This document shows positions 16,755-25,864 of a stretch of 64,000 bases of DNA, one piece after another. The DNA is from Candidatus Bilamarchaeum sp. (lineage in GTDB: Archaea > Micrarchaeota > Micrarchaeia > Anstonellales > Bilamarchaeaceae): contig DATIFM010000008.1 of assembly GCA_035455205.1 (NCBI GenBank), forward strand, positions 110,545 through 174,544, given 5' to 3'. The notes under the pieces are model-generated. The model had not been told where the DNA came from. It was given only the letters and a program-made list of their open reading frames with translations, and searched no databases. Position 1 is the stretch's first letter. Every line of letters starts with the position of its first letter. Both the position numbers and the translations under genes were made by a program.

Positions 16755-18205
16755 TGCACCTTGTATACCGTTATGTTGGAGCGGTTGAATATAACTTCTC
16801 CGGGGGCATGGACGTCCGGCGCCTTTGAAACCGCGACGTAGCTGAAATCCGTGAGGTTCGTTTCCTTGCGGAACACCGCGGTTTTGGTGAAGAACGAGCT
16901 GAACGAGCCGTCCACCACCTCATCCCCTTCCGAGCGGTAATCTTCTATATATGGGGATACCCGGTCCTCGGTGTAGTTATCAGGAATCACAACCCAGCCG
17001 AAATCCTCGAGCCCGCCGCGCCGCATTTCCGGAAGGACCTTGTATGCGATTATGGATGGCGCGTAGTAGCCGGCCACGAGAACGCCTTCCTTTCCTGAAA
17101 GCAGGTACCCGGCCTCGCGCTCGGCCTCGAACGAATCATACAGCACCCAGGCGATGTAGCCGGAGAAGGCGAGCAGGGCGAAAGAAAACACGGAAAAGAC
17201 GATGAAGAATATCTCGTCGTAGCGCTCCTTCCCCTTCCACACCGCGAGGCACTTGAGCGCGAAATAGCAGATTGCGGGCATCACGGGAAGGTAATACCAC
17301 AGCAGGAACGCCGATGAAAGGAGGGGGACCGCAGAGAACAGGAACCACGCGCTCATGAAGAGGTTCTCGCGCCAGCTGCCTATGAACCCGAAGGCGGCAA
17401 GTGAAATCCATATCATCCCGCCCGTGACAAGGAGGGCCCAGACCGTTGTCTGCAGGAGCTCCAGCTGGCCGGCAACCGAGCCGCTGAAGAAGTGGCCGCC
17501 CACGTCGCTCTGGTAAAGCTCGCTCGCGAGGCCGGCCTGGTCGAGGACTGCATAATGCGTGAGCAGCGCGAGCGGGACTGCGAGGAGGGAAATGATGAAC
17601 AGGGGCTTGCGGAGCGAGGGGCGGTCGAACGTGTAAATATAGACGAGCGCGAGAACCGGGATCATGAACGCGACGACGAGCTTGGCGAAAAATGCGAGGA
17701 AGGCCGCGGCGCCTGCGGCGATGAACCTCCAGCCCGGGAGCTTTTTTTCGGTGTAAAGGAGGAGCGAGAGCGACATGAAGAAGAACATGAGCGAGTCGGT
17801 GAGCAGGGTTGCGTTTGGGTATATCGTGTGTATCGAGAATAGCGAGAACAGCATGCTGAAGAACGCCATGTTCCGTGAAATCCCGGCATTCCGGAGGAGG
17901 CGGAAAAGGAGCGGAATCGTCGCGAGGCCGATGAGCATGCTCGGCAGGCGGTATGAAAGCTCCAGGGGGAGCGGGAGGTACGTGAAGGGGAGGTACGCCC
18001 AGAAAAAGAGCGGCGGCTTCCAGCTCACGAAATGGCCGAGGAAGGTGGGGACGAGCGTGAGGCGCAGCTTCTGCTCCTCTATCATGATTGCGTAAAGGGC
18101 CTCGTCGCGTATGAACGGGAGCAGGAGGGACACCGGGAGGCGGAGAAGGGCGTAAACGATGGCCAGTATGGCCATCAGGCCCTCCTCCTTCTCAGGAATC
18201 TTCAT
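16751..18205 (-). CDS. GT-C fold membrane glycosyltransferase (ArnT/PMT-like), paralog 3
   Basis: IRDEALY acidic loop motif, WKPPLFFW, YRLPSMLIG, TDSLMFFF; multi-TM; 4-bp overlap with the GT2 gene. Confidence 0.75.
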   Translation of the reverse strand: MKIPEKEEGLMAILAIVYALLRLPVSLLLPFIRDEALYAIMIEEQKLRLTLVPTFLGHFVSWKPPLFFWAYLPFTYLPLPLELSYRLPSMLIGLATIPLLFRLLRNAGISRNMAFFSMLFSLFSIHTIYPNATLLTDSLMFFFMSLSLLLYTEKKLPGWRFIAAGAAAFLAFFAKLVVAFMIPVLALVYIYTFDRPSLRKPLFIISLLAVPLALLTHYAVLDQAGLASELYQSDVGGHFFSGSVAGQLELLQTTVWALLVTGGMIWISLAAFGFIGSWRENLFMSAWFLFSAVPLLSSAFLLWYYLPVMPAICYFALKCLAVWKGKERYDEIFFIVFSVFSFALLAFSGYIAWVLYDSFEAEREAGYLLSGKEGVLVAGYYAPSIIAYKVLPEMRRGGLEDFGWVVIPDNYTEDRVSPYIEDYRSEGDEVVDGSFSSFFTKTAVFRKETNLTDFSYVAVSKAPDVHAPGEVIFNRSNITVYKVQ

Positions 18206-18264
18206 ATAAGACCACTTGAAAAAACCTTTATAAAAGTTAACATATATCTTTAGCCCAAGGTGAA

Positions 18265-18630
18265 ATGATGAATATTATGAACTATGCAAATAAAATTAAC
18301 TCCATCGGAAGGCTCCTGCTTGTGACCTTCTTGGTAATGAACCTCGTTTCGGTTGCATACGCTTCTTCGCTCTCAAACGCGCTCAAGAGCCTCTGTACGA
18401 TGGCTCAGCAGTTCCTCGGAATCGCGGTCATGGTCCTCATCGTGATGGCCGGCGCGATTTACGCAATAGGGCAGATCCTGGGTGCTGAAACGAGGGCAAG
18501 GGCAGCTGTTTGGGCCACGGCGATGCTTACCGGTGCGGTCATCGGCATCATCATATACGTGATTACCCCGCCGCTCGTCACGACTCTGCTCGGCACAAGC
18601 TCTTCGGCCGGTTTCACTGGGACCTGCTGA
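18265..18630 (+). CDS. VirB2/TrbC-like pilin (signal peptide plus two hydrophobic helices)
   Basis: Signal peptide ending ..VAYA|SS, then two hydrophobic segments separated by a charged loop GQILGAETRARA; own AT-rich promoter. Confidence 0.55.
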   Translation: MMNIMNYANKINSIGRLLLVTFLVMNLVSVAYASSLSNALKSLCTMAQQFLGIAVMVLIVMAGAIYAIGQILGAETRARAAVWATAMLTGAVIGIIIYVITPPLVTTLLGTSSSAGFTGTC

Positions 18631-18689
18631 ACTATCTTTTTAAATCTTCTAATCTTATTTTCCCCATGGTTCTTGCTGTTAATGAACAA

Positions 18690-19376
18690 ATGCCCATCCT
18701 AAAGGGTAACAGGCTTTCAACGGGCATACTAGACCTGGACGTAATACTCGAGGGCGGCTACTACAATCCGGGCAACATAATCATACTGGGCCCGAGCGGA
18801 ATGGAGAAGGCCGCGATGGGATACCATTTCGCGTCTGCTGCCGGGCCGAACGAGACAGCATTCATAGTATGCGGCAATTCCTCGCCCCCGGACATAATGA
18901 ACAAGGCCGCTACGATGGGGATAAACCTCAACAAGCCCAACATCTCTTTCATCGACTGCTACAGCTCGACCCTCGGGAGCGGGGAAGTGAAGCCCCAGGA
19001 GCGGGTGAAGGTCGTGCCGGGCCCGGGCGCGCTCAACGACATCTCCCTCGCCCTCAACGAGTCGATAAAGGAAAGCAACGGGAAGAAGATGAGGGTCGTC
19101 TTCGACACCCTCTCGACATTCGTGCTCTACAACCCGCAGGACTCGATTCGGAAGTTCCTTAGCGTCATCGAGGGCAGGCTGAAGTCCGTCGGCGCGACTA
19201 CGCTCTACCTCGTGGACGAGGGCGTGCATGACAAGCAGCTCGTGAGCCTCCTCGAGCACGGGATGGACGAGGTATATACGATACTCGACAAGGGCGGGAA
19301 GTACGCGGTCTTGGTGCCGGAAATCAACATGGAAGTCCCGATACGCGTCGGACCGGCTGGGATTATAATCGTTTGA
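18690..19376 (+). CDS. KaiC/RAD55-like RecA-superfamily ATPase, single domain, degenerate Walker A
   Basis: LSTGILDLDVILEGG, ILGPSGMEKAA (canonical GxxGxGKT), FIDCYS, RVVFDTLSTF, TTLYLV. Start at 18690 or 18666. Confidence 0.75.
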   Translation: MPILKGNRLSTGILDLDVILEGGYYNPGNIIILGPSGMEKAAMGYHFASAAGPNETAFIVCGNSSPPDIMNKAATMGINLNKPNISFIDCYSSTLGSGEVKPQERVKVVPGPGALNDISLALNESIKESNGKKMRVVFDTLSTFVLYNPQDSIRKFLSVIEGRLKSVGATTLYLVDEGVHDKQLVSLLEHGMDEVYTILDKGGKYAVLVPEINMEVPIRVGPAGIIIV

Positions 19377-19391
19377 CTCTGATGTGATGAC

Positions 19392-19715
19392 ATGGGAGCA
19401 CAGCTTGAGGCGCTTTTGAACGAGATGAAGGGGAAGGGATACGGGGCCGCCGTTGTCCAGGTGGACGGCGTGGTCGTCTACTCCACGATAGCCCTCAACG
19501 AGCTCAGCTCAAGCATGATTTCCTCGGTCGCGAACGTCTCGGATGCCATAATGAAGAGGATGGATGATTCGCAGAAGGAAGTCGAGATATCCTTCGGCGA
19601 CATGATACTGGTCATGATACCCATGAAAACGCACATCTTCTGCGGCATGGTGAAGGACCGCGAGGAGAAGAAGGTCATCGTCGAATACGCCCAGAAGGCC
19701 AAGGCACTGATTTGA
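19392..19715 (+). CDS. Roadblock/LC7 (MglB/profilin-like) domain protein
   Basis: 107 aa; helix, GAAVVQVDGVVVYS, helix, then EVEISFGDMILVMIPM strands, matching roadblock topology. Confidence 0.55.
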   Translation: MGAQLEALLNEMKGKGYGAAVVQVDGVVVYSTIALNELSSSMISSVANVSDAIMKRMDDSQKEVEISFGDMILVMIPMKTHIFCGMVKDREEKKVIVEYAQKAKALI

Positions 19716-21019
19716 TGGAGTGGGCCAGGGTTCTCTCTAAATATAAGTACGCCGAGCTTCGCAGGGAGCAGAGGCGCGACTCGATAATCCAGATGAAGGA
19801 CGAGGAGGTCCGGAACTCCGAGGGAAGCGCGAGCGGAATGAGCGTGAGGGTCCTGGAAGAAGGCTCGTGGGGGTTCGCCTCCGGGAAGGAGGGGGATGCC
19901 GAAGCCCTCCTCGAGCGCGCGCAGAGGCTCGCGAGGCTCTCAAAGGGCAGGATATCGCCGAAGATACCCGAGGCGGCGAGCCACGAGGTCATAGAGAAAA
20001 CCGAGCCGGCCGACTCGGCTGACAAGATACGCGCCCTAATCGAGGCCTCCAAAGAGATGAAAGCGGCAGGCATCTCGTCGCGGAGCATCTCCTGCACGGA
20101 TTCGGTGACGAGGAAGGAGTTCTACAACTCTCTCGGGGCGGTCATCATCCAGGAAAGCGGATACACCTATCTCTCCTGCTCGGCGGTCGCGCGTTCCGGG
20201 GACAACATCCAGAGGGGAGCGGAGAGGGCATGGTCCCGCTCGGGGTTCGGCAGGATTGACCTGATGAAAACAGCGCAGGAGGCCAGGGAGAAGGCCCTCC
20301 GCCTGCTCACGGCCTCGGCGCCTCCGAGGGGCAGGTTCACAGTAGTGCTCGACCCGGAGATGACAGGAGTATTCTCGCACGAGGCGGTGGGCCACGCATG
20401 CGAGGCCGATTCGGTGGTGGAGAGGGAATCCGTTCTTGCGGACAAGCTCGGAAAGCGCATCGGGAACGAGCTCGTGTCGATAGCGGACGACCCGGCTGCG
20501 ATGGACTTCGGGCATTACACTTATGACGACGAGGGAGTGGAGGCCAAGAGGGCGCTCCTCGTGGAAAAGGGAGTCCTCAGGGGCTACATGAACTCCATGG
20601 AGACCGCGGGCGAACTCGGGGCCGAGCTGAACGGCCATGCGCGGGCCGAGGATTACTCGGCCGTCCCCATCGTCAGGATGAGCAACACTTATTTCCAGAA
20701 AGGCGAATCCGCCGTGGACGAGGTCTTCGCGGTCCAGAGCGGGGTATACCTCAAGGGCATGAAGGGCGGAAGCGTGGACATCTTCTCCGGCGGCTTCATG
20801 TTCAAGGCCGAGGAGGCATACGAGATAGTGAAGGGCGAAAAAGGCAGGCTGATGCGGGACGTCACCATCACCGGCAACATACTCCAGACTCTGCTCGAGG
20901 TGGAATGCGTCGGGAACGACTTCGGGACCAGTCCCGGAATCTGCGGGAAGTTTTCGCAGGAAGCGCCGGTCAGCGACGGCGGGCCCCACATACGCGTGCG
21001 GAACGTTGCAATCGGCTAG
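19712..21019 (+). CDS. tldD: TldD/PmbA family metalloprotease
   Basis: SVRVLEEGSWGFAS, GVFSHEAVGHACEAD (HExxxH), DDEGVEA, VRMSNTY, CGKFSQEAPVSDGGPHIR. Confidence 0.9.
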   Translation: MMEWARVLSKYKYAELRREQRRDSIIQMKDEEVRNSEGSASGMSVRVLEEGSWGFASGKEGDAEALLERAQRLARLSKGRISPKIPEAASHEVIEKTEPADSADKIRALIEASKEMKAAGISSRSISCTDSVTRKEFYNSLGAVIIQESGYTYLSCSAVARSGDNIQRGAERAWSRSGFGRIDLMKTAQEAREKALRLLTASAPPRGRFTVVLDPEMTGVFSHEAVGHACEADSVVERESVLADKLGKRIGNELVSIADDPAAMDFGHYTYDDEGVEAKRALLVEKGVLRGYMNSMETAGELGAELNGHARAEDYSAVPIVRMSNTYFQKGESAVDEVFAVQSGVYLKGMKGGSVDIFSGGFMFKAEEAYEIVKGEKGRLMRDVTITGNILQTLLEVECVGNDFGTSPGICGKFSQEAPVSDGGPHIRVRNVAIG

Positions 21020-21080
21020 TGGATATCCACATCCGCGGCCCGGCAAGCAATAAGAATTCCTTCCGGCGAAGTCGGAAGGG

Positions 21081-22220
21081 ATGCTTGGGGAAATAGCCTT
21101 GGGCCTGCTCCTCGGGGGGGCATGCGGCCTGATACCGGGAATCCACCCGAACCTCGTCGCGTCCCTCGCCGGAAGCGTCGGGTGGGATGCGGGCGCGCTT
21201 TCCATAGTCCTGGCCTCCATGTATTCTGCGAGCATCGTGTTCTCGTTCGTGCCCTCGGTCTTCTTCGGGATACCGGAGGACGCTTCCGTCGCCTGCGCCC
21301 TCGCGGGCCAGCGCATGGCCCTCGGCGGAAAGGGCATATCCGCGCTCAAGACTATGGCCGCTTCCGCCGCGCTTTCTGCGCTCATTGCGGCGGGAGCGTT
21401 CGGGGCATCTCTCGCCATTTACCCGGCGATTTATACCGTAATCGGCGGCTTCGTGAAATACATACTGCTCGCCCTTTCTGCCGCCCTGATTCTGCGGGGC
21501 AGGAACCCCGCGCTCTCGCTTGCGGTTTTCGCGTCTGCAGGAATCCTCGGAAAACTTACCCTGGATAGCGCCATCGGCGACCCGTTCCTTCCCCTGTTTT
21601 CCGGGATGTTCGCACTGTCCTCGATACTCGGCTCCGGCGGCCGTGCGCTCCCTGCGCAGGAGGACGGCCCGCTGTGGGGCGGCTTCCCGGCGTATTCCGC
21701 TCTCGGGGCGGCGCTGGGCCTGCTTTCGAACCTCCTTCCTGCGATAGGCTCGAGCGCGCAGATAGCCGCGCTGGCCAGCATTTTCGTGCCGCTCGGGAGC
21801 CTACAGTACCTTGCAACGATAAGCTCGATATCCGCGAGCCAGGCGCTCTTCTCCCTCGCGAGCGCTGTTTCCATAGGAAAGAGCAGGAACGGGGTGACTG
21901 CGTGGATAGCGGAGAACACGGACATTTCCGGCAGCCTCGGGCCTCTTTCGGCGGCTTTCCTTGCCGGGGCGATAGTTGCTGCGCTGATAGTTTATCTCTG
22001 CAGGACGAGGATAGCCGCCCTGGCCGGGAACGGGCCGCAAGGATTCGGGAAAATCATCGCCGCCTACATATTCGCGGTCACGTTCGTGATAGACGGCATT
22101 CCGGGGGTCGCCGTGCTGGGTGCGGCGGCCATGCTTGGCACGGCGGCAATACGGCTCGGGGCCGGGAGGATAAGCCTGATGGGCGCGATAATCGTCCCGA
22201 CGCTGGTGCTGCTTTTCTGA
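21081..22220 (+). CDS. Tripartite tricarboxylate transporter TctA-like (DUF112) membrane protein
   Basis: GLIPGIHPN, FSFVPSVFFGIPED..VACALAGQRMALGGKG, PLFSGMFAL; very hydrophobic. Confidence 0.75.
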   Translation: MLGEIALGLLLGGACGLIPGIHPNLVASLAGSVGWDAGALSIVLASMYSASIVFSFVPSVFFGIPEDASVACALAGQRMALGGKGISALKTMAASAALSALIAAGAFGASLAIYPAIYTVIGGFVKYILLALSAALILRGRNPALSLAVFASAGILGKLTLDSAIGDPFLPLFSGMFALSSILGSGGRALPAQEDGPLWGGFPAYSALGAALGLLSNLLPAIGSSAQIAALASIFVPLGSLQYLATISSISASQALFSLASAVSIGKSRNGVTAWIAENTDISGSLGPLSAAFLAGAIVAALIVYLCRTRIAALAGNGPQGFGKIIAAYIFAVTFVIDGIPGVAVLGAAAMLGTAAIRLGAGRISLMGAIIVPTLVLLF

Positions 22221-25200
22221 TTACTTTGAATATTGGTCGGCCGGTCGGACGTCCAGCTCCTTCTTCCGGAGTTCGCTCATCGCCTTGAGGAGTTCGTGCG
22301 CGGTGTTGAGGTTTGTTATGCACGGGATGTTAGATTGTATGCTCGCGCGGCGCATCTTGAAGCCGTCGGTGTGCGACGCGCCCCCCTTCCGGGGCGTGTT
22401 TATGACGAGAGTGATTGTGCCTGACTCTATCAGCTCGACGACGTCCGGGTGCCCCTCGCCTATCTTGGGGATGGAAATAGCGCCCGGGACCGAGCCTACG
22501 GTCCCCATGGTCCCGTATATCCTGAAGCCGAGGGTGCGGAGCAGCTCGGCCAGCTTCGGGACCGCAGGCTTGTCCTCGTCCCTGAGGCTTATGAAGGCCG
22601 CGTGGGCGCGCCCCTCCTCGAGCCTGATTCCTGCAGCAAGGAGCGCCTTGTAGTATGCCATCTCGAATGTCTTTCCTAGGCCCATAGTCTCGCCGGTGCT
22701 GCGCATCTCGGGGCCGAGCTTGATGTCTGTCCCCATGAGCTTGAGGAAGGGGAACACGACGCTTTTCACGGCAAAATGGTCCAGCTTCGTCTTCGGCTTC
22801 TCTATCTTCTTTCCGAGCATGGCCTTTATCGCGAGCTTGGTCAGGGGCAGGTCTATGGCCTTGCTCACAAAAGGCACGGTCCGGCTCGCGCGGGGGTTGG
22901 CTTCGAGGATATAGACGACTCCCGCCTTGACGACAAACTGGATGTTCACGAAGCCCACCACGCCGAGGGCATTGGAGATGGCCTTCGTATAGTCGACGAT
23001 GGTCTTCTTCTCCTTCTCGCTCAGCCGTATGGACGGGAGCACGATGTTCGCGTCGCCCGAGTGCACGCCCGCAGGCTCGATGTGCTCCATCAGGCCGCCG
23101 ATGAAGACTTCCTTGCCGTCGCTGACAGCATCGACTTCGCACTCAATCGCGTTGTCGATGTATTTGTCGATGAGGACCGGCTTCTTCATGCTGACCTCGA
23201 CCGCCTCGTGGATGTAGCGCCTGAGCTCCTCGTCGTTGCGGACTATCTCCATGGCCCGTCCTGCTATGACGTAGCTCGGCCGGACGACGATGGGGTAGCC
23301 GATGTGCGAGGCCGCCTCGAGGGCTTCCGGTTCGCTCGTTGCCGTTCCGTTCCGCGGCTGGGGGATTTTCAGCTTGTCTGCCAGAGTGCGGAAGCGCTCG
23401 CGGTCCGAGGCGATGTCTATCGAGTCCGCGCTCGTCCCGAGGAGCTTCACGCCCGCCGATCCGAGGCGGTCGGCGAGGTTGATGCTCGTCTGGCCCCCGA
23501 GCTGGACGATGACGCCGTCGGGGGACTCGTTCTCGACGATGTTCATCACGTCCTCGAAAGTGAGCGGCTCGAAATAGAGCCGGTCGCTCGTGTCGAAGTC
23601 CGTGCTCACGGTCTCGGGGTTGTTGTTTATCATGATGCTCTTGTATCCGAGGTCGCGCAGCGCGAATGCGGCATGCGTGCAGCAGTAGTCGAACTCGATT
23701 CCCTGCCCGATGCGGATGGGCCCGGAGCCGATGACGACGACCTTTTTGCCCGGCAGGGGCTTGGCCTCGTTCTCGTCCTCATATACGGAATAGTAGTAAG
23801 GCGTCAGGGCCTCGAACTCGCCCGCGCAAGAGTCGACTATCTTGTAAGTTGGCAGGATGCCCATGGACTTGCGGAGCTTTCGTATCTCTGTCTCGTCCTT
23901 GCCGCAAAGGGCTCCAATCCGCTCGTCGGGGAACCCGCTCCGCTTTGCCTCGAGCATGAGCTCCTTGGTGAGCTTCCCAGAGGCGAGTCTCTTCTCGAGC
24001 GCGACAATCTTCTCCATCCTTCGCAGGAACCAGCGGTTGATTTTGGTCTTGTTGTGGATATCCTCCAAGGGGCGCCCCTTCCTGAAAGCCTCGAGAATCG
24101 CGAAGAGGCGGAGGTCGGTCGGCGGGAAAAGGTGGTCGTCGGGGTTGATCTCCTTCGGGATGCGGATTTCGAGGCTCCGCACCGCCTTGTTCAGCGCCTC
24201 CTCGAACGTTCGGCCTATCGCCATCACTTCGCCGGTGCTCTTCATCTGCGTGCCTATGACGCGCGAGGTCTTGGGGAACTTGTCGAAAGGCCAGCGGGGA
24301 ATCTTTACGACGATATAGTCGAGCGCGGGCTCGAACGCCGCGGAGGTCCCGGTTATGCTGTTCTTTATTTCGTGGAGGGGCTGGCCGAGTGCGATTTTAG
24401 TTGCGACGCGCGCGATGGGGTACCCCGTGGCCTTCGAGGCGAGCGCGGAGGAGCGGGAGAGGCGCGGGTTGACCTCGATAACTACGAACTGGCCGGTCTC
24501 CTGGTTCAGCGAGAGCTGGACGTTGCAGCCTCCCTTTATGCCGATGGCATGGACTATCCTGAGCGAGGCGTCGCGCAGCACCTGGTGGTCAGCGTCGCTC
24601 AAAGTCTGGCTTGGCGCGACCACGATGCTCTCCCCGGTGTGGACGCCCATAGGGTCGACGTTCTCCATGTTGCAGATTATCTGCGCATTCCCGAACGAAT
24701 CCCGCACAACTTCGTACTCGAACTCGCCCCAGCCGATTGCGCTCCTTTCCACAAGCGCCTCGCCCGTGGCGCTCATGCGGAGCGCGAGGTCCATAATCTT
24801 TTTCAGCTCCTCCTCGCTGTAGGCGGTGCCCCCGCCGGTCCCGCCGAGGGTGAAGGAGGGCCGGATTATCACGGGGTATCCTATCTTTGCGGCAAAATCC
24901 ACCGCGGACTTGCTGTCGCGGACGACCTTTCCGGGCAATATCGGGATGCCGATTTTCTCCATCGTCTCGTTGAATTTCTCGCGCGACTCGGCTATCTCGA
25001 TTGCCTGCGCATCCGTGCCGAGGAACTCCACCCCGTATTTCTTCAGGATTCCGAGTCGGCTCAGCTCCATGGAGAGGTTGAGCGCGGTCTGGCCGCCCAT
25101 CGTGGCAAGCAGCGCCTGCGGCTTCTCCTTCGCGATGATTTTCTCAAGCACGCCGGGGGTCAGCGGCTCGAGGTATACGATGTCGGCCGTGTCCTTGTCG

Positions 25201-25358
25201 GTCTGGATAGTTGCCGGGTTCGGGTTGACGAGCACGACCTCTATCCCTTCCTCGCGGAGCGCCTTGCATGCCTGGGCCCCGGAGTAGTCGAATTCGGCGG
25301 ACTGGCCGATGACAATCGGACCCGAGCCGATTACGAGGACTTTCTTCGGTTTTTTCAC
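22221..25358 (-). CDS. carB: Carbamoyl-phosphate synthase large subunit
   Basis: VIGSGPIVIGQSAEFDYSG, RPSFTLGGTGGG, IEVNPRLSRSSALASKATG, IGSGPIRIGQGIEFDYCC, EANPRASRTVPFVSK, C-terminal MGS domain. Confidence 0.96.
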   Translation of the reverse strand: MKKPKKVLVIGSGPIVIGQSAEFDYSGAQACKALREEGIEVVLVNPNPATIQTDKDTADIVYLEPLTPGVLEKIIAKEKPQALLATMGGQTALNLSMELSRLGILKKYGVEFLGTDAQAIEIAESREKFNETMEKIGIPILPGKVVRDSKSAVDFAAKIGYPVIIRPSFTLGGTGGGTAYSEEELKKIMDLALRMSATGEALVERSAIGWGEFEYEVVRDSFGNAQIICNMENVDPMGVHTGESIVVAPSQTLSDADHQVLRDASLRIVHAIGIKGGCNVQLSLNQETGQFVVIEVNPRLSRSSALASKATGYPIARVATKIALGQPLHEIKNSITGTSAAFEPALDYIVVKIPRWPFDKFPKTSRVIGTQMKSTGEVMAIGRTFEEALNKAVRSLEIRIPKEINPDDHLFPPTDLRLFAILEAFRKGRPLEDIHNKTKINRWFLRRMEKIVALEKRLASGKLTKELMLEAKRSGFPDERIGALCGKDETEIRKLRKSMGILPTYKIVDSCAGEFEALTPYYYSVYEDENEAKPLPGKKVVVIGSGPIRIGQGIEFDYCCTHAAFALRDLGYKSIMINNNPETVSTDFDTSDRLYFEPLTFEDVMNIVENESPDGVIVQLGGQTSINLADRLGSAGVKLLGTSADSIDIASDRERFRTLADKLKIPQPRNGTATSEPEALEAASHIGYPIVVRPSYVIAGRAMEIVRNDEELRRYIHEAVEVSMKKPVLIDKYIDNAIECEVDAVSDGKEVFIGGLMEHIEPAGVHSGDANIVLPSIRLSEKEKKTIVDYTKAISNALGVVGFVNIQFVVKAGVVYILEANPRASRTVPFVSKAIDLPLTKLAIKAMLGKKIEKPKTKLDHFAVKSVVFPFLKLMGTDIKLGPEMRSTGETMGLGKTFEMAYYKALLAAGIRLEEGRAHAAFISLRDEDKPAVPKLAELLRTLGFRIYGTMGTVGSVPGAISIPKIGEGHPDVVELIESGTITLVINTPRKGGASHTDGFKMRRASIQSNIPCITNLNTAHELLKAMSELRKKELDVRPADQYSK

Positions 25359-25364
25359 CGCATA

Positions 25365-25853
25365 TCACTCCTTTGCTCGCGGCGAGCCGGCTTCCTGGTT
25401 GCCTGATGCGGGAGGCTCTGTGCCGGACGCCGGGGGCTGGCCACCCTGCGGCTGCTCCTGCGACATCCTCTGGACGAGGCCGAACATGAACCGCGCCCCC
25501 TCGAAGAACGACACCTGCGCGAGCTCCTGCCGCGACATCTCCTTCAGCTTCTTCTTCTCGGCGTTCCAGAGGTCCATGAAGGCGCGGAATGTCATCTCGC
25601 TCATGAAGCGCTCGAAGTTCTCCTGGAGTTTTTCCGGCGGGATGCAGACATGCGTCTTGTCCTTCACGTTCTCCGGAAGAGCCCCGCCCATCTTCTGGTA
25701 GCAGTCGTAGCAGCAGTGCTCCTTCCCGCTTCCCGAGGCCGCGTCGGCCTTGCATGCGTCGCAGAACGTGTCGTTGCCGCAGAAGCTGCATTTCACGTTG
25801 TTCATCTCGTCCTTCACTTTTTTCGAAACTTCCTCTTCAGTCATGTCTGCCAT
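25365..25853 (-). CDS. Cys-rich (Zn-finger-like) hypothetical protein between carA and carB
   Basis: Start placed at MADMTEEE (25853); CSFCGNDTFCDAC...HCCYDC, helical middle, low-complexity Q/P tail; same strand with short spacers. Confidence 0.6.
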   Translation of the reverse strand: MADMTEEEVSKKVKDEMNNVKCSFCGNDTFCDACKADAASGSGKEHCCYDCYQKMGGALPENVKDKTHVCIPPEKLQENFERFMSEMTFRAFMDLWNAEKKKLKEMSRQELAQVSFFEGARFMFGLVQRMSQEQPQGGQPPASGTEPPASGNQEAGSPRAKE

Positions 25854-25864
25854 AGCGTCACTTC

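Noticed and set aside
12561-21019. RiPP cluster (radical SAM/SPASM plus TldD protease plus small peptide)
   Set aside because: No clear precursor peptide or RRE domain; TldD is a common archaeal gene on the opposite strand 6 kb away; the radical SAM context points to glycans.
22776-25406. 876-aa plus-strand ORF and many other long ORFs antisense to real genes (e.g. 8916-10235, 50417-51739, 39910-41256)
   Set aside because: They lie exactly opposite well-identified genes (carB, purL, purH) and have no motifs; they are expected shadow ORFs from GC-rich codon usage.
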